From Macrostomum lignano (Eukaryota), in NCBI GenBank assembly GCA_002269645.1, contig NIVC01005236.1, positions 1-19,283 on the forward strand: DNA of 19,283 nucleotides, read 5' to 3'. The notes beneath the pieces were generated by a model, which ran no database searches, had not been told where the DNA came from, and saw only the letters and a program-made list of their open reading frames with translations. How positions within the stretch are numbered: the first letter of the stretch is position 1; each line of letters starts with the position of its first letter. Of the stretch, positions 1-7,586 are shown one piece after another. Position numbers and translations under genes: made by a program.

Positions 1-647
1 CTCTCTCGCGACCGTATAAAATTGGCACGATCGATAATTTTAAGTTCTCTCGCCAGCCAATGAAATCACTCGTGCTCGCGCTACCCCCCTCTGCGCTCTT
101 TTATTAAACCCCCCGCCGCGGCGGGCACCCCTCACCGCCCTTTTTCGTCTCTCCCCGCTTGTCCCTTGTTTCCTTCCCTGCGGCCTCTTAGCTGTCTTAT
201 CTGTTTGTCTGGCTGCCTCGAGCCTCCTTATTTCTCACCACGGCCCTTCTGTCTGGGCCAGCCTGCTCACACACTTACTTGACTGTTTCACGCCACGACC
301 GACGCCTACTCACCACTACGTTTCACTGCCTTCACGGTGCTCATAGCCACTGCTCACGTCACGTCGCCATTGTGTCATTCGCCTGCCACTTGACTTCATA
401 TCCAAATTATATTCAACCCATTGCTGCAGCCGCCAGTGCCCAGAAAGCTATAGTCTGTTTATTGCCAGTAACAACCAAACTTAATACTGATATTAACAAT
501 AAAGACAACTACGGCAGTTCCTGCCTTTATCGCCAAGTGCTCCGCTACAAAATCCGCTTTACAAGAATTGACTTCAACTTATTTTGGGACTAAAACGGCC
601 CTTTTAAGGGTCACCGCATAGCTGGCCGCTACGCCAATAACGTGACA
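1..647 (+). repeat. 5' LTR of element 1 (truncated by window start)
   Basis: Matches 9515-10160 except gcgg/tggcg near 118, two 1-nt indels (~137, ~430) and T/C at ~585. Ends AACGTGACA. TATAAAA at 15-21, AATAAA at 498-503. Confidence 0.96.
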
Positions 648-653
648 TAATTT

Positions 654-673
654 TGGAGGTCCCACCGAGACTC
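654..673 (+). promoter_or_regulatory. Primer binding site complementary to the tRNA-Gln 3' end
   Basis: TGGAGGTCCCACCGAGA(CTC) starts 6 nt after the LTR end; it is the reverse complement of the animal tRNA-Gln 3' end (...TCTCGGTGGGACCT-CCA), recalled. Confidence 0.85.
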
Positions 674-930
674 CTACTCAGCACTGCCGGCTCGCAACTA
701 AGTCAGCACCACCGAGACTCCTACTCAGCACTGCCGGCTCGCAACTAAGTCAGCACCACCGAGACTCCTACTCAGCACTGCCGGCTCGCAACTAAGTCAG
801 TGCCATCAAGACTTCTGCTCAGCCCTGCCAGCTCGTAATCAGCGCCATCAAGACTTCTGCTCAGCCCTGCCAGCTCGCAACCAAGCGTCAGCAAGATTCT
901 GCTCAGCTCTGCCGGCTCGTGACTGAGTGC
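662..930 (+). repeat. Leader tandem array, ~47-bp unit; 3 near-identical plus 3 diverged copies
   Basis: CCACCGAGACTCCTACTCAGCACTGCCGGCTCGCAACTAAGTCAGCA at 662, 709 and 756; diverged CCATCAAGACTTCTGCTCAGCCCTGCCAGCTCG copies at 803 and 845; a partial copy at ~892. Confidence 0.9.
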
Positions 931-948
931 CGGCCTGCCACGTTTCTG

Positions 949-1031
949 CCTGACGGTCCGCAAGGCTGCGAGAGCCTGTGCCACGCCTGAGGTTCGGTCC
1001 GCAAGGCTACGAGAGCCTGTGCCACGTCAGG
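949..1031 (+). repeat. Two-copy leader repeat enclosed by a 7-bp inverted repeat
   Basis: CGGTCCGCAAGGCTRCGAGAGCCTGTGCCACG twice; CCTGACG (949-955) is complementary to CGTCAGG (1025-1031); internal AGGCT/AGCCT stems. Confidence 0.7.
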
Positions 1032-1416
1032 CCCAGGGGTCCTGACTGCTCGGCCGGTCTTCGCTCGTCGCCGCGAGTCGTCGCTGGTCGTCGCCCTGAG
1101 CAACGCGCGCTGTCAACTGCGTTGAGCTCGAGCTTACGCTCTGCCAAGATAGCTCCGCTGCGTGTGCCAAGCCACGCCAGGTTACGCTGTGCGCTGATTG
1201 TTTGTAGGGACTATTGCCTGACAGTTAGTCTGGGTGGTTTGCGTGATAGGACTCTCCCCTATTATAGGCTTTTTGCGGTTTGCCCCTGTCAGGCACGTAT
1301 TTTGTTAGTAGGACGCAATCTCTCTCGTCTCTCTCGCGTCATCAACCTCAATTCGTTTTCTCTGGAGCCTTATTTTCGTTCACGCTTGATTCATTTGTCT
1401 CACTCAACCTTACACA

Positions 1417-2436
1417 ATGTCCGACAACGGGGACAACCATGCCGCAGCGTCATTGGCTGACGGAGATGCCGCCGTGCCAGATCAGGACGCAGTCGATGCC
1501 GGCGAGCAGCCAGCAGGCGCAGCTGCTGCCGCCGCGCCAGCTCCTAGTGAGCAACTCTTGTTGACTCAAACCTTAGCCTCTCTTCACCGGATGCTCGAAG
1601 AGCGTCTCGCTGTTTCCTCGCCATTAGCGCCAAATTCCTCGCCGCCTGCGAAGCCAGACATACGCCTTCGCCCTCCAATCGCTTATCAGCCGAAGATGAA
1701 CTTTGATACGTGGGAAGCTCAGCTTACTTCGTATCTAGCCACTTGCCGCGTTCCTGAGGACCAGAAGTCCGCCATTCTCGTATCTTTGCTGTCAGCCGAA
1801 TGCCAAGAGGTATATCTTAATTACCGGTGTGACCAGTTGCCTTTCGAATCTGCGCTTCGGCTGCTCAGGGAAAGGTACACCGATGCCAAGAAGAAGGACA
1901 AGGCCTACGTAGAATTAGTTGCTGCCGCCCAATCTCATAATGAGCAGATGTCTGATTTCTTCGACAGACTGGTCTCCTATTCTAGACTAGCGGGTCTCTC
2001 GCTCGCTGAAGCGAAGCCCCTACTCAAGGCCAGATTCTGCCATGGGCTGAGGGATAAGGACCTCGCCGAAAAGCTCCTCTTATGGGATCAGGAAACCGAC
2101 AGTGCCACCTCTGCAGAAGAGCTGATGCAGAAGGCCAAAGATCTTGTCGGGGTCCGCCAGCTTCTGAACGTGCCTTCTACTATAGCCAAGGTTCGTGCCA
2201 TAGAACCTGACGCTGAGAAGAAAGCGTTAGAACAGAGGGTCGCTGAGCTTGAGAAGATGGTGACCGACCAAGCCAATAGATTAAGCCAGACCACTCCGCC
2301 TGTCACTACCAATCAGGGCCCGCTCGCACAGAGCCCACTGGGGGCCCACCACAAGTTAGCCAAACCTATAGACAACCTAGGCCAGCTCCTCGCCCTCCGC
2401 GGGCTTGCCATCGATGCGGCCAGACCGATCACCTGA
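1417..2436 (+). CDS. gag: Gag (capsid) of element 1; the true frame switches to frame 3 between 2280 and 2405
   Basis: First ATG after the PBS; gypsy capsid-like motifs FDTWEAQLTSYL, SAILVSLL, MSDFFDRL, RFCHGLRD; coiled-coil near the end; the zinc knuckle continues in another frame. Confidence 0.85.
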   Translation: MSDNGDNHAAASLADGDAAVPDQDAVDAGEQPAGAAAAAAPAPSEQLLLTQTLASLHRMLEERLAVSSPLAPNSSPPAKPDIRLRPPIAYQPKMNFDTWEAQLTSYLATCRVPEDQKSAILVSLLSAECQEVYLNYRCDQLPFESALRLLRERYTDAKKKDKAYVELVAAAQSHNEQMSDFFDRLVSYSRLAGLSLAEAKPLLKARFCHGLRDKDLAEKLLLWDQETDSATSAEELMQKAKDLVGVRQLLNVPSTIAKVRAIEPDAEKKALEQRVAELEKMVTDQANRLSQTTPPVTTNQGPLAQSPLGAHHKLAKPIDNLGQLLALRGLAIDAARPIT

Positions 2437-3206
2437 TCGCTGACTGTCCATCGCCCTCGCCGAGGCCACAGTCGCCAAAGCAGCCCCGGGGGAGCCAAAA
2501 TCAGCAGCCCAGCCGTGGAAAAGTCACGACTGAACTAGGAACCATTGCCACATGGTCTCAGAATTACGGGTTCATCCAATCTGAGCACCTGCCAGAGAAA
2601 TTGTTCGTTCACATTAGCCAACTGTCTCCCAGCCTGCGTAGCCTAGTCGAGCAGCACCGCCTTAGGGGGACTAGGGTGAAATTCCAGCGCCAGGTCGACC
2701 CCGGGCGCCAGCACGACAAGGCCTGTAATGTGCAACCTCAGCCAGGGGACAGTGATCCACAATGCCGACAAGGGGGGTACACAGCTGACACCTTTGAGTC
2801 TAGCTATTTCGTGCAGCTAGGAGTAGGAGACTCTAAAGTTCTGGCCTGTCTAGACTCAGGCGCCAATGCCAGCATCATGGGTGCTGACGTGAAAGCCAAA
2901 CTGGTCGCAGCTGACCCCGTCAATAACATATTCACGCCTAGTGCCAATAAGCAGCGTGCCACCGCCTTCGGCGGCTCTCAGGTAGACATCCTAGGGTCGC
3001 TACGCTGCGAAATCAACTTAGGTAATACGACTAAACAACATGTATTCCTAGTCACTGCTTACTGTACCACGGAAGCCCTGTTAGGCATGGATTTCCTGCG
3101 CAGCTTCGAGATGCTGCTAGACTTCAACTCTGGCCGAGCTTTAGTAGCAGGGGTGTCGGTACCAGTCATTGAGGGGGACAAGGGGATTTTCCAACTCGAC
3201 GAGTGA
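2280..3206 (+). CDS. Frame-3 open segment: CCHC zinc knuckle, cold-shock domain and aspartic protease
   Basis: Open from 2280 to the stop at 3204-3206. CHRCGQTDHLIADC (2406-2447); CSD-like GTIATWSQNYGFI..LFVHISQL..RGTRVKF..ACNV (2538-2732); protease LDSGANAS (DSG at 2853-2861) and ALLGMDFL. Confidence 0.88.
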   Translation: MKPDHSACHYQSGPARTEPTGGPPQVSQTYRQPRPAPRPPRACHRCGQTDHLIADCPSPSPRPQSPKQPRGSQNQQPSRGKVTTELGTIATWSQNYGFIQSEHLPEKLFVHISQLSPSLRSLVEQHRLRGTRVKFQRQVDPGRQHDKACNVQPQPGDSDPQCRQGGYTADTFESSYFVQLGVGDSKVLACLDSGANASIMGADVKAKLVAADPVNNIFTPSANKQRATAFGGSQVDILGSLRCEINLGNTTKQHVFLVTAYCTTEALLGMDFLRSFEMLLDFNSGRALVAGVSVPVIEGDKGIFQLDE

Positions 3207-6200
3207 TGGCCGCCGGCACCGTAGAATTGCCCCCGCACTCGGAAACCTTGATCCCCAGTCGTGTCCTCGACTCTTCGCCGTACACCTCCGGTATAGTCAT
3301 GTCCCGGATCCTCGACCAGAGACCGAACAGTTGGTAGCCAAGACTCTAGACTCAGTTAGCGATACTAACCACATACTAGTGCGCGTGCTCAACAGTGGGG
3401 AACAGCCTATTCAGATAACTAGGGGGCAAGAAATTGCCTCATTCCAGGAATTAGATAGTCATGAGGTCATAGCTCAGACGACCCTGAAGGAGTCTGACTT
3501 TAGCCTGGACAATGTAGCTAACCTCACCAGCCAACTCAGTAAGCTGCCGCCGCCTAGTAGGGAGTTAGCCAAATGGCTGACAACGCAGTTCCAACTAGAC
3601 CAAGCCAAATTGTCTAGGGGCCAACTCGCCACCGTTTTGAAACTGCTCAACTACTTCAATAGCCAAATTTCTAGATCAAACGCAGATTTAGGCCACACCA
3701 ATTTACACGAGATGGGCATAGAGTTAATAGATCCTAAGGCCAAGCCTGTTGCGCAACCATACAGGCGCACCACGCCAGCACAAAAAGAATTCTTAGACCA
3801 GAACATAGCGCAGATGCTCGAACAGGGGGTCATTGAGGAGTGTGACTCTGACTGGGTGTCGCCTATCGTTCTGGTCAAGAAGAAGGACGGCACTCAACGC
3901 CTTTGCATAGACTATAGGGCCGTCAATAAGCTCATCAAGCCGTGTAGCTTCCCTCTGCCACTCATAGAAGAATCTTTTGACAGCCTTGCCGGGGCCACTG
4001 TATTCTCTAGCCTTGACCTGACCTCCGCGTACTGGCAGGTAGGGATCAAAGAGGAGGCTAGAGATTACACCGCCTTTGCCTGCCCCCAAGGCACCTTCCG
4101 CTGGAAGGTAGTACCATTCGGGATCAAGACGGCACCTGCCAATTTCGCGAAACTGATGCACAAGGTGTTTAGACCTCTCCTGATGAAGGTCAGCCTCATC
4201 TATTTAGACGACATTATCATTAAGGCTGTCAACAACGACCAAATGATCGCGCATCTCGCGCTGGTCCTCTGGCAGCTTAGAAAAGCCGGTCTCAAAATTA
4301 AGCCGTCTAAGTGTGAGCTGTTTAAGGACAAGGTCGCATTCCTGGGGTTCGTTGTGTCTAGCCGGGGCATTGAGGCTGACCCAGCGAAGACTCAGGCTGT
4401 CCAAGACTGGCCTAAACCGCTTTCTAAGAAACAGCTTCTATCATTCTTGGGATTTGCGAATTATTACCGGAAATTCGTGCCGCGATTCTCAATCATCGCC
4501 ACGCCTTTGTATGCCTTAGCCAAAAAGGATGCTCCGTTTCTATGGCAACCGCATCATGAACGGGCTTTCCAAGAACTCAAACATAGCCTCTGTTCACCAC
4601 CGATTCTGGCGTATCCAGACCTCTCTGCCAAAGGGCGCGAATTTATTTTGGACTGCGATAGCTCGCTTGACGGCACTGGGGGTGTGCTGTACCAGCTCGG
4701 GCCAGATGGCCAAGAGCAAGTTATAGCTTACGCATCCAAAAAATTCAACAGTAGCCAGAGAAACTACTGCGCCACCATGAGGGAGTTGCTAGGGCTCGTT
4801 CTGATGCTCGAGCATTTCCGTCCTTATCTATTAGACAAGCCTTTCACTGTCCGGGTGGACGCGGCCGCGCTCAAATGGCTGCATTCTAAGAAGCATGCCA
4901 CTGGTATGCTGGCCCAATGGCTTGCCACCATTGAACTGTACCCGCTGAAGGTCCAGCAGTCCACTCTAGAACGAATAGCCGAATACGATTTCACAGTCCA
5001 GTACCGTCCAGGCGTTGACCACGTGCCTGCTGACGCTCTTAGTAGACTGCCAAAATTCAGAGCCGATCACTTTGACTGCCCGACGTGCAGCCAGATTCCG
5101 GAATTTAAAGGGAAATTCCTGGACCAAGACCCAAAGCACCGGCGTACGCCCCCCTCTAGAGAACTGCGTCAGGTGTGCGTCCAGACCATAGGCATTAGCG
5201 TAGCGTGTCAGACTGACACAGATGCCCCGGCTGAACCAACGCCGAATGTCCGCGCTACTGCTAGCGGTGCTGTTCCTAGCCCAGAGACTGAATCCCGTCA
5301 ACCTGAAACCGAATCCCAAGTGCCACCTGAGCTCATCTGGGCCCAGAATGCCCAGGACTCCTGTGTTGACATGGCGCGCCTAATCGCCAGTGTCCAGTGT
5401 AAGACTGAGCCATTGTCCAAGGCCGAACTGCAGGGTTGTAGCCGGGAAATGCGCTCACTCTGGGCTCAATTCAATGACCTTGAAGTAGTCGAGGGTCTAT
5501 TGTACTTAGCCAAATCCTCCAAAGCCAAGACTGCCAACAGGCGCCTGGTGGTGCCTGAGACCGCAGACGTCGGTCATCTGGTCCTTCAGTATCATGGCCA
5601 GTTGAACCATTGCGGTATCACCAAGACGATGGCCGCCCTGAAGGCGCGCTTCGTTATTTCCGACTTAGATACTATAGTCAAGGGGGTCCTGGCCGAATGC
5701 ACCGTTTGCGCTAAGACTAAGAAGTCAAAGCGTAAGCTCAAGGCCCCTATGCAACCAGAACTGTCCGGCTACCCGAACCAGGTTGTCCACGTGGACCACG
5801 CAGGCCCGTTCGAAGAGTGTGACGGGTACAAGTACCTGCTGGTTATGATCGACAGGTTCACCGGGTTTGTTGAAGTAGTCCCTGTTCCCGACGTCAGCGC
5901 AGAGACCACTGCCACAACCATCCTGACTGAATGGGTTGCCAGGTATGGGGTGATGGAGCAGCTGGTGTCTGATAACGGAACTGCCTTCATCAATAGTACC
6001 ATGATAGAATTAACTAGGCTCCTACAGATTGACATGGGTCGGATCACAGCCCGTCGCCCTCAGGCTAACGGTAAAGCTGAGAGGATGATCCAGACGGTGA
6101 AAGCCCAGATTAGAGCCATCTGTCTTGAGAGACAATGCGACTGGCCCCTTGCCAGCCGCCTGGCCGCCCTGTCAATCCGTGCCACAGTCGCCGAATCCAC

Positions 6201-6327
6201 CGGATTTACTCCAGCCAAACTTTTCTTCGGGCGTGAGTTCGAACTACCGCTCGACCTCTGTCACAATCCACCGCCAAATGAACACTACCACCGGAGAGGT
6301 ACGCCCACCAGTTGCACCGCACGCTAG
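3169..6327 (+). CDS. pol: Pol: reverse transcriptase, RNase H, integrase (HHCC and DDE core)
   Basis: RT SPIVLVKKKDG, RLCIDYRAVN, VPFGI, YLDD (4201-4212); RNase H LDCDSS, NYCATMRELL, ADALSR; IN HGQLNHCG..CTVC, HVDHAGP, SDNGTAF, NGKAERMIQTVK. Confidence 0.97.
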   Translation: MRGTRGFSNSTSDGRRHRRIAPALGNLDPQSCPRLFAVHLRYSHVPDPRPETEQLVAKTLDSVSDTNHILVRVLNSGEQPIQITRGQEIASFQELDSHEVIAQTTLKESDFSLDNVANLTSQLSKLPPPSRELAKWLTTQFQLDQAKLSRGQLATVLKLLNYFNSQISRSNADLGHTNLHEMGIELIDPKAKPVAQPYRRTTPAQKEFLDQNIAQMLEQGVIEECDSDWVSPIVLVKKKDGTQRLCIDYRAVNKLIKPCSFPLPLIEESFDSLAGATVFSSLDLTSAYWQVGIKEEARDYTAFACPQGTFRWKVVPFGIKTAPANFAKLMHKVFRPLLMKVSLIYLDDIIIKAVNNDQMIAHLALVLWQLRKAGLKIKPSKCELFKDKVAFLGFVVSSRGIEADPAKTQAVQDWPKPLSKKQLLSFLGFANYYRKFVPRFSIIATPLYALAKKDAPFLWQPHHERAFQELKHSLCSPPILAYPDLSAKGREFILDCDSSLDGTGGVLYQLGPDGQEQVIAYASKKFNSSQRNYCATMRELLGLVLMLEHFRPYLLDKPFTVRVDAAALKWLHSKKHATGMLAQWLATIELYPLKVQQSTLERIAEYDFTVQYRPGVDHVPADALSRLPKFRADHFDCPTCSQIPEFKGKFLDQDPKHRRTPPSRELRQVCVQTIGISVACQTDTDAPAEPTPNVRATASGAVPSPETESRQPETESQVPPELIWAQNAQDSCVDMARLIASVQCKTEPLSKAELQGCSREMRSLWAQFNDLEVVEGLLYLAKSSKAKTANRRLVVPETADVGHLVLQYHGQLNHCGITKTMAALKARFVISDLDTIVKGVLAECTVCAKTKKSKRKLKAPMQPELSGYPNQVVHVDHAGPFEECDGYKYLLVMIDRFTGFVEVVPVPDVSAETTATTILTEWVARYGVMEQLVSDNGTAFINSTMIELTRLLQIDMGRITARRPQANGKAERMIQTVKAQIRAICLERQCDWPLASRLAALSIRATVAESTGFTPAKLFFGREFELPLDLCHNPPPNEHYHRRGTPTSCTAR
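3182..3337 (+). CDS. Frame-2 bridge of the PR-RT linker (missed by the ORF track)
   Basis: Reads GDFPTRRVMAAGTVELPPHSETLIPSRVLDSSPYTSGIV, resembling the usual gypsy post-protease linker; joins frame 3 to frame 1 if one G (3182-3185) and one C (3303-3305) are added. Confidence 0.7.
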   Translation, partial: GDFPTRRVMAAGTVELPPHSETLIPSRVLDSSPYTSGIVMSRILDQRPNSW

Positions 6328-7178
6328 TCGAAACCTCTGCCCTAGCCCGCCGCACTAGGGGTAAAGCCCAGGAGAGGCAGAAAAGGTATTACGACCGCCG
6401 CGCCCTCCGCGCTGAGTTCCACGAGGGAGAGTTAGTCTGGGTCTTGAACCCGAACCACAAGGGCATAGAACCCGCTGTGTGGTTGGGGCCATACCGAGTA
6501 GTGCAGCGCTGCTCCGAGCGGACTTACCGTTTAGTCCCCGAGTATGGTCTCCTAAACCCAGCAGATCGGGTGCCAAATCCGCGCCATAACATTTACAACA
6601 TTGACCGCCTCAAACCGTGCATCAGACAGCCCACTTACCAAGACGTAGTTGACCGGTATGGTGAGGCCACCCATGCCAGGTCTCCAGCGCCTAGTGTGAA
6701 CCCGCCCAGCGGACCCGCGAGCGAGCTTAGCCTCGTCACCATTCCCCAGCCTTCCTCTGCCCGGCCAGAGAGCCCACGCAGAGCGCCAGGGCCAAATCCA
6801 CCACCGCCAGCTTCAGGCGCCTTTGAGGAGGGGGCGGGAGCTGAAGCGGGAGAAGGCCAACCATTCGCCGAAGCTGGCGATGCTGTAGCTATTGAGGGAC
6901 AGCCACAACCAGACACTGACACTGACAGCACAGACACTGACACCAGCCACAGCCAAGACAGCTCAGAGTCGCTGTACACGGCTTCCTTGGGGGACCCTTC
7001 CTCCGAGCAATTAGAACCACCTGAGATTGCTGCGAATCCAGTCGCTGCGCAAGCAGCTGAGCCACCAGCCCCGGCTGACGTACCCAGATCCAGGTACGGA
7101 CGCCCCATCCGCCCGCCTGTCAGGTACCGGACCTGTCAAGTGTCCGACCTGCTCCAGCAGTGGGGAAGCAGACACTAA
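6288..7178 (+). CDS. Integrase C-terminus (GPY/F region) with an acidic/Pro-rich tail
   Basis: ERYAHQLHRTL..QKRYYDRR..FHEGELVWV..WLGPYRVV..YNIDRLKP; tail ends RSRYGRPIRPPVRY; in frame with pol if one C is added at 6291-6292. No chromodomain seen. Confidence 0.88.
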   Translation, partial: PPERYAHQLHRTLVETSALARRTRGKAQERQKRYYDRRALRAEFHEGELVWVLNPNHKGIEPAVWLGPYRVVQRCSERTYRLVPEYGLLNPADRVPNPRHNIYNIDRLKPCIRQPTYQDVVDRYGEATHARSPAPSVNPPSGPASELSLVTIPQPSSARPESPRRAPGPNPPPPASGAFEEGAGAEAGEGQPFAEAGDAVAIEGQPQPDTDTDSTDTDTSHSQDSSESLYTASLGDPSSEQLEPPEIAANPVAAQAAEPPAPADVPRSRYGRPIRPPVRYRTCQVSDLLQQWGSRH

Positions 7179-7186
7179 CCGCCAGT

Positions 7187-7513
7187 TTTTCACGCCCCGG
7201 GCAAGGCGTAAAACTACCTCCTGTGGCACCTGTCAGCCACAGGTCTCTGCGGCACCTGTAGACCGCAAGTTCACGCCCCGGGCAAGGCGTAAAACTACCT
7301 CCTGTGGCACCTGTCAGCCACAGGTCTCTGCGGCACCTGTAGACCGCAAGCTCACGCCCCGGGCAAGGCGTAAAACTACCTCCTGTGGCACCTGTCAGCC
7401 ACAGGTCTCTGCGGCACCTGTAGACCGCAAGCTCACGCCCGGGCAAGGCGTTAAACTACCTCCTGTGGCACCTGTTGGTCACAGGTCCCTGCGGCATCTG
7501 CCAGCCGCAAGCC
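7187..7513 (+). repeat. 3' UTR tandem array, 81-bp unit, 4 copies, three stem-loops per unit
   Basis: Units start at 7191, 7272, 7353 and 7434 (4th diverged). Stems ACGCC/GGCGT, CCTGTGGC/GCCACAGG and TGCGG/CCGCA. Confidence 0.92.
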
Positions 7514-7586
7514 ACAAAACACAAGCCACAGCTGTTACTCACTGCCAGATACTAGTGTGCACAACTTCCACAGCTGTACCAGCCAA

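Noticed and set aside
662-930. CRISPR-like appearance of the leader and 3' arrays
   Set aside because: These are head-to-tail repeats without unique spacers, in a eukaryotic context with no cas genes.
279-1564. ORFs in the LTR and leader
   Set aside because: Non-ATG starts, no motifs. The 279-593 frame is not preserved in the 3' LTR because of an indel. The leader has no ATG before gag.
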